Shown here: positions 11,131-21,889 of the stretch, one piece after another
Position numbering within the stretch: the stretch's first letter is position 1
Layout: the number at the start of each line of letters is the position of its first letter
Assembly: GCF_025526975.1 (NCBI RefSeq)
Contig: NW_026515682.1
Span: forward strand, 558,001-622,000
Direction: 5' to 3'
Source of the DNA: Fimicolochytrium jonesii
Taxonomy: Eukaryota
Length of the DNA: 64,000 nt
Made by a program: the position numbers and the translations under genes
The notes under the pieces: generated by a model
Told to the model about the DNA's origin: nothing
Seen by the model: only the letters and a program-made list of their open reading frames with translations
Databases searched by the model: none

Positions 11131-11261
11131 TACTGTACAGTATGAAAAAAGAGTGAGGTCGCACACACGCGCACACGACGGAACCAACCCGCTCCACCCC
11201 GTCTTTCCGGCCCCCGAGGAACATGTGCAAGTCTGGCGAAACAAAACACTTGGCGACCCCT

Positions 11262-11299
11262 TGTTGGAGGTATAATCCCCCCGAGTCCCCGGTTAGGGT
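11262..11299 (+). mobile_element. First 38 bp of a copia family-A/B LTR, interrupted by a gypsy LTR
   Basis: TGTTGGAGGTATAATCCCCCCGAGTCCCCGGTTAGGGT matches the LTR starts at 13073 and 37593. Confidence 0.8.
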
Positions 11300-13072
11300 T
11301 GTAACGTCAGAGGAAACGTAGACGATACTGGGCCCTTCCGAGAGGGCTGAGAGCAGTGTATTGTAGTGAAGAAAAAAGTAAGAAGTTCTTTGCAGCGGCC
11401 GCTCGACTGACAGCTTTATATATGGGCTGCCAGTGGGGCTTGCGTGGCTTCAGTGAGGCTTGACGCCTTATGTAATGTATCACCGAGAGCTCGGGTGGCC
11501 AGCCAGGGTCTCGGATCAAGTAGAAGTAAAGAAAAATAATATGAAATACAAGTGAAGATGAGATATCCTTGACACTTCCCTCAGATCCTGAGGAGGGCGC
11601 CGAATAAATAAGAGGTGAACTACGAGGGATATGTGAAGAAAGGGAGAGCTCATGTTCATTTTAAAGTGTTGACGCACTTGTTCATTTTATAGCGTTGACG
11701 CACTGTGTGATGTGTGTGTTTGAGGCAAAGGCGTCCCTAAGCCGACGTCGTGTGTGATGTGTGTGTATAAGGTCGGTTCTTGCGTCGCCGAGCGTGATGT
11801 GATGTAGTTTACGTTGCTTTTGTCAGCAGTGTGATTGATAGTGAGCGGTTCTTGCGGCGTCGTGCGTGTGATGTGATATGAGATGCTCTATGCTGTTCGT
11901 CTCCGTATCCACAAAGATTGTGGATGAGCTTTTCACCATCGTTTGTAGGCAGGCGTGCAGCGAAGTGCGGATTTGGGTTCCCAAGTAGGGTCGGGATAAC
12001 CGAGCCCTTTGACTAGAAGATTTCGTACGGCGCGTCGCTCGTCGATGATATCTTCTACAACCCATTCAGGTTGTCCGCGTTCTTCGATTGGCGGATGAGG
12101 TTGTGGAACTGCACATTGCGGATATTGCTCTTCGCGATGTGGTCGTAAAATATCGACGTGAAAGATGGGCCAGATGCCGCTGATCTTTGATGGTGATAAA
12201 TCGAGTTTGTAGGTATCAGGATGTGCTCCCAGTGCGATGACTTTGAATGGTCCGATCCACGTAGCTGAGTATCGAAGTGCTCTTTGAGCATCTACTTCTA
12301 GGTTGATTCCTTGTCGATTTAGATCGACGAGGTCGCCAATTTTGTATGCAATTGGCGTTCGACCTTTGTCGTGTTGATGTGCAAATTGGTCTTGCGATCT
12401 CTGAAGTTTTTTGAGTACAATGCGGGCGATGTCTTCCTGCCCTTTCTTGAAGAGTTCGATTTCATTCCAATCAACAGCTCGAAGTTTGAGTTCTTGTCCT
12501 TCGAGAGTGGGATTCCAACCCGGGAGGATTGGAGAGCGTCCGAGATCTACTTCGAATGGCGATAAACCTTCATATTCCTCCCTCGGAGCAGTGTTGTATG
12601 CGAATTCGATTAAAGGCAATAGTTTCTTCCAATTGCTTTTGTCATAGTTGGGATATTGCTTCCAAATCCTTTTCAGGGTTTGGATGGCTTGCTCAACTTT
12701 GCCGTCGGTTTGATGATGACGAGCCGTAGCGAATTCGTGTTTTACACCGAGGAGAATATGGAATGCAAGGAAGAAGTCAGAAAGTGCGCCAGGTTCGCGA
12801 TCCGTAAAGAAGACTTTTGGCGTACCGACATGTTTCCAAACATGATCTAGAAAGACTTGGGCTAGTTTGCGTCCAGTGATTGTCTTCTTGATCGGTGTCA
12901 GAACCACACGTCCGGAAAGATAATCAATGCAGACGAGACAAGAGTTTGTTTCATCTACTTTGAAAATGTTGAATCCGATCGTGTGCCATCTTCCAAAAGG
13001 TATAGGAAGAGGTCGAAGAAATCCGTATCGACGCTGACCAGGTTTGAATTGTCAACAGGATTTACAAGTTCC
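11300..13072 (-). mobile_element. Ty3/gypsy chromovirus 3' fragment (integrase + chromodomain, 3' LTR 11300-11574)
   Basis: ORF 11933-12907 has HHQTDGKVEQ, WIGPFKV, WPIFHVDILRP and EWVVEDIIDER...PTWEP. TG...CA LTR with an adjacent purine tract on the minus strand; tandem repeats in the 3' UTR (~11650-11880). Confidence 0.85.
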
Positions 13073-13473
13073 TGTTGGAGGTATCATCCTCCGGAGTCTC
13101 CGGTTAGGGTTCTGGTAGTTTATTTCCTCACGTGACTCCCCTCCCGCTTACGCCACGCTTCCGCGTACGGGACTTCACTCTTTTCTTCCCTTTCGGACCT
13201 CGCGTCCTCTTTCTACTTCAGACTTCACTGTATTCCTTCTTATACATAACAAGAGCCCAGTCTCACCATTAGATAGAGTTCGCTCAGTCATCTGCTTCCT
13301 CTGCCGACTACTGCTAAGTGGTTATGAGCCCTGGCTTCGCCCGCAACTAGCGGACGTTCCAGGATAAAGAACTCACGGTCTCCAGTCACCGTTCTCATAG
13401 AAAGCACCATGCCACCTAAGGATTCAACAACCCAACCTCAGAAGGGCTACGCAGCTGCAGTAACAGCCGGCAA
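13073..13473 (+). mobile_element. Ty1/copia copy A: 5' LTR (13073-13319), PBS and start of gag
   Basis: PBS GGTTATGAGCCC at 13320-13331; gag start MPPKDSTTQPQK is homologous to 32052; interrupted at 13474. Confidence 0.88.
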
Positions 13474-14025
13474 TGTTATGGACGATGCGCCCATACCATA
13501 AGCTTACCTACTGCCAGCCGCCAATGTCAGCCGCCAATGTCAAACGCCAATGCCAATGTCAATGTCAGTGTGAATGTCAGTGTCACTGTCAATGTCAATG
13601 CCACTCCCCCTATCTCCTCTCATTTTGCCAATCCTCCCGCAATATTGCCACTCCCCCTCTCTCCTCTCATTTCGCCAATCCCCCTCGGCTTCTCCACGCC
13701 CCCCACTACTTCTCCATAGCCAGCAGCTGTAGCAATGCTCTCTACGCTCGCTATGCACGCTCTAGGAGCATAGCTGGCGCCCCCTCCCCCCCCCCCCCCC
13801 CAGTCCCCTCTTGTTGTTGTTGTTCTCTGGCCTGCTGGGTTGCCTATCTATAAATAGCGGGCCTCTCTTCGTCCATTCCCTTCCTCCCCAGCAGATCAAC
13901 ACCAGTTCTTCTCATCTCCTGTTCTAGTCCTTGTTTCTTGTTTCGCCAATACAATCTCTTGTCGCCTATCGCTCTCACCTTGTCTTCTCTGCTTCGCTTC
14001 CGCCTCAGTCGTCGAGATCATAACA

Positions 14026-14037
14026 GTTTGATCTGCT
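14026..14037 (+). promoter_or_regulatory. Self-priming PBS (Tf1-type)
   Basis: TTGATCTGCT (14028-14037) is the reverse complement of AGCAGATCAA (13890-13899), ~40 nt after TATAAATA (13849). No TGG tRNA-type PBS is present. Confidence 0.8.
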
Positions 14038-15073
14038 CCAACACTGCGAAGTTCAGAACCCGTCCAGCCCTGCATCTGCCACACCTTTTCGCCATGTCCC
14101 AATCCGAATCCGTACCTTTCACCGCCGAGCAATGGAATGATATGTGCCAAGCCATCGCCGCCTTGCAAAGCCAAAACGCCAACTTGCAGGCCAACCTAGC
14201 ACAAGCCCAAGCCGACGCACAAGCCGCCCAGAACAATGCTGCCCAGGTCCAAGCCGATGCGTACACCCGTCCTCAAGTCACCAACCCTGCTCCCGGAGCT
14301 CTGGAGCCAAGAATCAGCCCGCCTGCAAAGTTTGATGGTACCCGCAGCAAATTCCGTGGGTGGTTGAACAGCATCCGGTTGATGTTTGCTCTCCAGCCCG
14401 ACCGCTATCCCAGCGACATCATCAAGGTCCAAACCATTGGCACCTACCTCACCAGCACTGCGCAAGCCTGGAGGACGCCCCTAGTCAAACGCCAAGATCA
14501 CAGCCTTCAGAACTTCGATAGTTTTATCGGTCAGATGCAATCTGTCTTCGGAGACAGCGACAGGGTCTGAACCTCCGAGAACAAGCTCCAGAACCTTTGC
14601 CAAACCCGTGCAGCCACCGAGTACGTCCCCAAGTTCCGCCAGCTACAATGCGATGTCTCCTGGAATGACCAGGCCCTGATTGCTACCTTCCGCCGTGGCC
14701 TCAAAGAGGACGTCAAGGATCTGATGCTCACGATGCCTGCTGCTGCCACCATGGATACGGTGATTCAGCAGGCAATCCAGTGCGATAACCGAATGTTTGA
14801 GCGCCGCCTGGAACGAAACAGAACCCGCCAGACCTTCTGAGTTCCCCATACCTCGTTTACCACTACCACCACCGTCAACCACAGCGAGCCCATGCAGATT
14901 GACGCCGCTCGTCCCCGCGGCCCTCTGAGCCCCCAGGAACGCCAATGCCGCATTCCCAACAACCTCTGCCTTTACTGCGGTGGCGCGGGGCACATTGCAA
15001 AAGCCTGCCCAGCCAAGAACAAGACCACCACCCGTGCCGCCAATGTCGACATCAAAGAACGCTCCGCGGAACA

Positions 15074-15118
15074 GGGTTTTCCCAAAGTCCAGCCGCAGTA
15101 AAGCCCCAGCGGCTGGAC
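15074..15118 (+). promoter_or_regulatory. -1 ribosomal frameshift signal (gag-pol)
   Basis: Slippery G GGT TTT, 6-nt spacer, 10-bp stem GTCCAGCCGC/GCGGCTGGAC; pol is in the -1 frame. Confidence 0.85.
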
Positions 15119-15791
15119 AACACACACTCCTCCGGGCCTCCTAACCTCGCAGCTCCTGCAACGGAAGAGGCCACCCTCCTGGTTCCCGCCTCCGTTATAG
15201 CCGACACAACCCTCCTAGCCGCCACCCATGTCGAAAACTCCGAAATTAACCCACGCGCCATGCTTGCGCTGGGTCCTGCCGAACCCTTCAACTACCCCGT
15301 TACCATCATGGTACCATCCAGCCGTGCCCCAATACCTACCTCAGCCATGATCAACAACGGGGCCCTGTCTTGCTTCATCGACAAGGACGTTGCCCGCAAG
15401 CACCGCATCCCCCTAGTCCAACATCAGCCTCCCCTGACGATCGAACTCGTTGACGGTCAACCCAGCTCTGCTGGGCCCATCACCCATTACACCCAACCAG
15501 TAGGCATGTGGGTTGACGACCACTTCGAAGAACTCGTCTTCCATGTAACCAAATCACCCCACGCTCCAATCCTTCTTGGTCTCCCCTGGCTCCGCCTCCA
15601 CGATGTTAACCTTGACTTCAAGAACCTTTCGGTTGGTTTCCGTTGCGACTGTCAGTACCATGAATTTGCAAATTGGGACCGCTCCCCGGCACCCCCGAGC
15701 CCAGCACCCGCCAGAGCTCCCGAGCCCTTGATCCGCATCCCCCAGGATGAAGTCCCCGTCGACGAAACATGGTCGTCCCAGTACCCAAGGT

Positions 15792-18700
15792 TGTTATGAT
15801 CTTGACGACAGGGGCGGGAGCGAAGTAGAGAAGACAGGGCGAGTGTGATAGGCGACAAGAGATTGTATTGGCGAAACAAGAACCAAGGACTAGAACAGGA
15901 GATGACAAGAACTGGTGTTGATCTGCTGGGGAGGAAGGGAATGGACAAAGAGAGGCCGCCTATTTATAGATAGGCAACCCAGCAGATCAGAGAACAACAA
16001 CAACAAGAGGGGACTGGGGGGCGCCAGCTATGCTCCTAGAGCGTGCGTGGCGAGCGTAGAGAGCATTGCTACAGCTGCTGGCTATGGGGAAGCAGTGGGG
16101 GTGGTGGAGAAGCCGAGGGGGATTGGCGAAATGAGAGGAGAGAGGAGGAGTGGCAATATTGCAAGAGGATTGGCGAAATGAGAGGAGAGAGGGGGAGTGG
16201 CGATATTGCAAGAGGATTGGCGAAATGAGAGGAGAGAGGGGGAGTGGCATTGACATTGACATTGACACTGACGTTGACATTGACATTGGCGTTGACACTG
16301 ACATTGACACTGACATTGACATTGACATTGTGCGTTTGACATTTGGCGGTTGACATTGGCGGCTGTCAGTAGGTAAGCTTATGGTATGGGCGCGTCGTCC
16401 ATAACATCACCCCTCTTTTTAGCGGCGGTGGCGGCGGCGTCGGGTTTGGTGTGGCCGCAGAGGAGGTGCTACGGGGACAGAGGAAGGCTTGTTGGGGTAC
16501 GCGCTGTAGAAGTCCTGGAGGAGTGCGTCTGTATGGGTGAGGTGTTCCACGGGCTCCCAGGTGTTCTCGGAGTCAGGCCAGCCCTGCCATTTGACCAAGT
16601 ACTGAAGGCGACGACAATGGATGCGAGAGTCAAGGATGGCTTCGACAGCCCACTCTTCTTAACCCTCAACGGTCTCTGGGGGCGCGGGTTCGGGTTCGTG
16701 TCCTTCGGGGATGGTGAAGCGGGGTTCGAGGAGCGAGCGTGGAAGACATCGTGGATTTTGCACGTAGGCGGGAGCTTGAGCCGGTAGGCGACGGGAATGA
16801 TTTTTTCAATGATGGGGAATGGCCCAATCTTGCGATGGTCGAGTTTCTGAGAGGGCCGGGTTGTCTGGAGGTTTTTGCGGAGGAGCCAGACGTGGTCGCC
16901 AGGCTTGAAGTCTGGTCCAGGAATTCGCTTAGCGTCGGCATAGCGCTTCATTCGGTCTTGGACTTCCTTGAGCTTGAGGGCGAGCTGTTTATGGACTTCC
17001 CTGATTTGTTTAGCGCGGGCTTCAGCGGCGGGGTTGACAGATTCGGAGGTAGCAGAGGCCGCAAAACTGAAGCGGGGGTGGAGACCCTTGTTGGCGTAGA
17101 AGGGGGTGGTCTGGGAGGCGGACTGGTGGGTGTTGTTGTAGGCGAACTCGGCGGACGACAGAAGCCGCTTCCAGTTGTCCTGTTGGTGGTTGCAAAAGCA
17201 TCGGAGATACTGCTCCAGGATCTGGTTGGTGCGTTCCGTCTGGCCGTCGCTCTGGGGGTGGAAGGCCAAGGAGAGGTTGGCTTTTGCCCCAAGGAGTTCG
17301 AGAAGTCGACGCCAGAAACGGGACTTGAACTGGGGTCCTCGGTCAGAGATGATGTCGTCGGGGAGGCCATGGAGACGGATGATATTGTGGGAGACTAGGT
17401 TGGCGGTGGATTTGGCGGATTCTGACTCGCTGCAGGCGATGAAGTGGGCCATCTTGGTGAGGCAACAATTGACGTTCAGGATGGAGTCGTACCCGTCCAC
17501 GGGAGGCAGACCGGTGATAAAGTCCAGGGACCAAGATCCTCAAGGGCGGGTAGGGATACTGTTGGGTTGGAGTAGGCCGTAAGGTTTGTGTTGACTGGAT
17601 TTCGCTTGGCGGGTGTCCAGACGTACGGGATGTCTTTCCGGGTCAGGGCTGTGAGCGGGGTAGCGATCTTGGAATAACCTTGGATGAATCGGCGATAGAA
17701 GTTGGCAAAGCCGAGGAACCGCTGGACGCCTTTGACCGTCTTGGGAGGTTCCCAATCCGTGATGGCAGCGATCTTCTTGGGGTCCATCTGGATGCCTTTC
17801 TCGGAGATGATGAAGCCTAGGAACTCAACGGATTCGCGGTTGAATTCGCACTTCTCTGGTTTGGCGTACAACCCATGCTGTCGGAGGCGGGACAAGACTT
17901 CGCGGACATGTTTGGGGTGATCTTCGGGGTTCTTGGAGAATATCAGGATATCGTCGAGGTAGACGACAACAAACACATCGAGAATGTCGCAGAAGATGTT
18001 GTTCATCAGGTACTGGAAGACGCCAGGAGCATTGCTGAGTCCAAAGGGCATGACATTGTATTCGAATAGACCGTAGCGGCAGCGGAAGGCGGTCTTCCAT
18101 TCATCGCCCAGGCGCATGCGTAAGAGGTTATAAGCGCCGCGGAGGTCGATCTTGGTGAGACCGCGGGCGCCGCGCAAACGATCCATGATACCGTTGATCA
18201 GGGGCAGGGGGTAGCGATTCTTCACCGTGATGCTGTTCAGGCCTCGATAATCGACGCAGAGGCGGAGAGAACCGTCCTTTTTCTTCACGAATAAGACTGG
18301 CGCACCGGCAGGGGACTTTGAGGGTTGGATGAATCCTTTGGCGAGGTTTTCTTTGAGGTATTCGCAGAGTGCCTTCATTTCTGGTTCGCTGAGGCTGTAG
18401 ATCGGGCCGAAAGGTGGCTGCTTGCCTTCTTCCAGATCGATTGGACAGTCGTAGGGCCGGTGCTTGGGGAGAGTGTCAGCCTTTCTCCTTTCGAGAACGT
18501 CAGCGAAGTCTTGACACTCGGGGGGGCAGGAAGTCTTTGATGTCTTTCTCGGGTGTCGGGGGGTTACTGGGGCTAGGCGAGGCCGGGAGATCGGGTTTTG
18601 CAGGGTTGGCGTAGGCGACAAAGACCTGGTCATGCCTTGCTGCGACCTGGAAGGCTGGGGCGGAGACGAACGAGACTCGGAGCGGCGTGGGAGCCGGTTC

Positions 18701-21091
18701 TGGGGTGCTGGAGCGAGATACCTTGGGTACTGGAATCGACCATGTTTTGTCGACGGGGACTTCATCCTGGGGGATGCGGATCAAGGGCTCGGGGGTTCTG
18801 GCGGGTGCTGGGCTCGGGGGTGCTGGAGAGTTGTCCCAATTCGGAATTCATGGTACTGACAGTCGCAACGGAAACCGACCGAAAGGTTCTTGAAGTCAAG
18901 GTTAATGTCGTGGAGGCGGAGCCAGGGGAGACCAAGGAGGATTGGAGCATGGGGTGATTTGGTGACATGGAAGACGAGTTCTTCGAAGTGGTTGTCGACC
19001 CACATGCCTACTGGTTGGGTGTGATGGGTGATTGGCCCAGCAGAGCTGGGTTGACCGTCAACAAGTTCGATCGTCAGTGGACGCTGATGCGGGACTAGGG
19101 CGATGCGGTGTTTGCGGGCAAAGTCTCTGTCGATGAAACAGGACAGGGCACCGTTGTCGATCATGGCTGAGGTGGGTATCAGGGCGCGGCTGTATGATAC
19201 CATGATGGTAACGGGGTAGTTGAAGGGTTCGACGGGACCCAGCGCAAGCATGGCGCGGGGGTTAATTTCGGAGTTTTTGACAAGGGCAGTGGCTAGGAGG
19301 GTTGTGTCGGCTATAACGGAGTCGGGAACCAGGGGAATGGCCTCTCCCGTTGCAGGAGCTGCGAGGTTAGGAGGCCCGAGGCGGTGTGTGTTGTCCAGTC
19401 GCTGGGGCTTTACTGCGGCTGGACTTTGGGAAAACCCTGTTCGGTGGAGGGTTCTTTGATGTTGACGTTGGCGGCACGGGTGGTGGTCTTGTTCTTGACG
19501 GGGCAGACTTTTGCAATGTGCCCCGCGCCACCGCAGTAAAGGCAGAGGTTGTTGGAAATGCGGCGTTGGCGTTCCTGAGGGCTCAGAGGGCCGCGGGGAC
19601 GAGCGGCGTCAATCTGCATAGGCTCGCTGTGGTCGACAGTGGTGGTAGTAGTAAACGAGGTGTGGGGAACCGGGACAGTCTGGCGGCTTCTGTTTCGTTC
19701 CAGGCGGCGCTCAAACATTCGGTTATCGCACTGGATCGCCTGCTGAATCACCGTATCAATGGTGGCAGCAGCAGGCATCGTGAGCATCAGATCCTTGACG
19801 TCCTCTTTGAGGCCACGGCGGAAGGTAGCAATCAGGGCCTGGTCGTTCCAGGAGACATCGCATTGTAGCTGGCGGAACTCAGCGACGTACTCGGTTGCTG
19901 CATGGGTTTGGCGAAGGTTCTGGAGCTTGTTTTCAGAGGTGCGGACCCTGTCGCTGTCTCCGAAGACCGATTGCATCTGACTGATAAAACTATCGAAGTC
20001 CTGAAGGCTGTGATCTTGGCGTTCGACTAGGGGCGCCATCCAGGCTTGCGCAGTGCCGGTGAGGTAGGTGCCAATAGTTTGCATCTTGATGATGTCGCTG
20101 GGGTAGCGGTCGGGCTGGAGAGCAAACATCAACCGGATGTTGTTCAACCACCCACGGAATTTGCTGCGGGTACCATCAAACTTCTCGGGCGAGCTGATTC
20201 TTGGCTCCAGAGCAGGGTTGGCGACTTGGGGACGGGTGTACGTATCGGCTTGAACCTGGGCGGCGATGCTCTGACCAGCTTGTGCGTCGGCTTGGGCTTG
20301 GGCTAGGTTGGCCTGCAAGTTGGCGTTTTGGCTTTGCAAGGCGGCGATGGCTTGGCACATATCGTTCCATTGCTTGGCGGTGAAAGGTACGGATTCGGGT
20401 TGGGACATGGCGAAAAAGGTTTGTCGGATGCAGGGCTGGACCGGTTCTGAACTTCGCAGTGTTGGAGCAGATCAAACTGTTATGATCTCGACGATGGGGG
20501 CGGAAGCGAAGTAGAGAAGACAGGGCGAGTGTGATAGGCGACAAGAGATTGTTTTGGCGAAACAAGAACCAAGGACTAGAACAGGAGATGAGACGAACTG
20601 GTGTTGATCTGCTGGGGAGGAAGGGAATGGACGAAGAGAGGCCGGCTATTTATAGATAGGCAACCCAGCAGATCAGAGAACAACAACAACAAGAGGGGAC
20701 TGGGGGGCGCCAGCTATGCTCCTAGAGCGTGCGTGGCGAGCGTAGAGAGCATTGCTACAGCTGCTGGCTATGGGGAAGCAGTGGGGGGTGTGGAGAAGCC
20801 GAGGGGGATTGGCGAAATGAGAGGAGAGAGGAGGAGTGGCAATATTGCAAGAGGATTGGCGAAATGAGAGGAGAGAGGGGGAGTGGCGATATTGCAAGAG
20901 GATTGGCGAAATGAGAGGAGAGAGGAAGAGTGGCATTGACATTGACATTGACACTGACGTTGACATTGACATTGGCGTTGACACTGACATTGACACTGAC
21001 GTTGACATTGACATTGGCGTTTGACATTTGGCGGTTGACATTGGCGGCTGTCAGTAGGTAAGCTTATGGTATGGGCGCGTTGTCCATAACA
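15792..21091 (-). mobile_element. Family C element C2, internally deleted, nested antisense in C1
   Basis: LTRs 15792-16406 and 20478-21091; TSD AAGGT at 15787-15791 and 21092-21096. Intact gag 19410-20408; RT with VYLDD; RNaseH to INT-N-terminus deleted at ~17608. Confidence 0.95.
16122..16330. repeat. Family C LTR internal tandem repeats (47-bp unit; TTGACA/CTGACA hexamer run)
   Basis: The unit ATTGGCGAAATGAGAGGAGAGAGGAGGAGTGGCAATATTGCAAGAGG recurs with 47-bp period, 2-4 copies depending on the LTR. Confidence 0.9.
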
Positions 21092-21889
21092 AAGGTATGT
21101 CGCTCCACGCCGCTCCGAGTCTTGTTCGTCTCCGCCCCAGCCTTCCGGGTCGCAGCAAGGCATGACCAGGTCTTTGTCGCCTACGCCAACCCTGCGAAAC
21201 CCGATCTCCCGGCCTCGCCTAGCCCCAGTAACCCCCCGACACCCGAGAAAGACATCAAAGACTTCCTGCCCCCCCGAGTGTCAAGACTTCGCTGACGTTC
21301 TCGAAAGGAGAAAGGCTGACACTCTCCCCAAGCACCGGCCCTACGACTGTCCAATCAATCTGGAGGAAGGCAAGCAGCCACCTTTCGGCCCGATCTACAG
21401 CCTCAGCGAACCAGAAATGAAGGCACTCTGCGAATACCTCGAAGAAAACCTCGCCAAAGGATTCATCGAACCCTCAAAGTCCCCTGCCGGTGCGCCAGTC
21501 TTATTTGTGAAGAAAAAGGACGGTTCTCTCCGCCTCTGCGTCGATTATCGAGGCCTGAACAGCATCATGGTGAAGAATCGCTACCCCCTGCCCCTGATCA
21601 ACGGGATCATGGACCGTTTGCGCGGTGCCCGCCATCTCCCCAAGATCGACCTCCGCGGCGCTTACAACCTCTTACGCATACGCCCGGGCAATGAATGGAA
21701 GACCGCCTTCCGCTGCCGCTACGGCCTATTCAAATACAATGTCCTTGCCTTTGGACTCAGCAATGCTCCTGGCGTTTTCCAGTACCTGATGAACGACATC
21801 TTCCGCGACATTCTCGATGTGTCTGTTGTCGTCTTCCTTGATGATACCCTGATATTCTCCAAGAACCCCGAAGATCACCCCAAGCACAT

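Noticed and set aside
11291..11300. Telomere-like GGTTAGGGTT
   Set aside because: A single unit that is part of the copia LTR in all copies.
13473..13853. ORFs with (QC)n, (NV)n, (MS)n or (ID)n runs, repeated in every family-C LTR
   Set aside because: Translations of the TGTCAA hexamer repeat, open in all frames; not credible genes.
16122..16330. Regular repeats resembling a CRISPR array
   Set aside because: The units are contiguous tandem copies with no unique spacers, and they lie inside retrotransposon LTRs.
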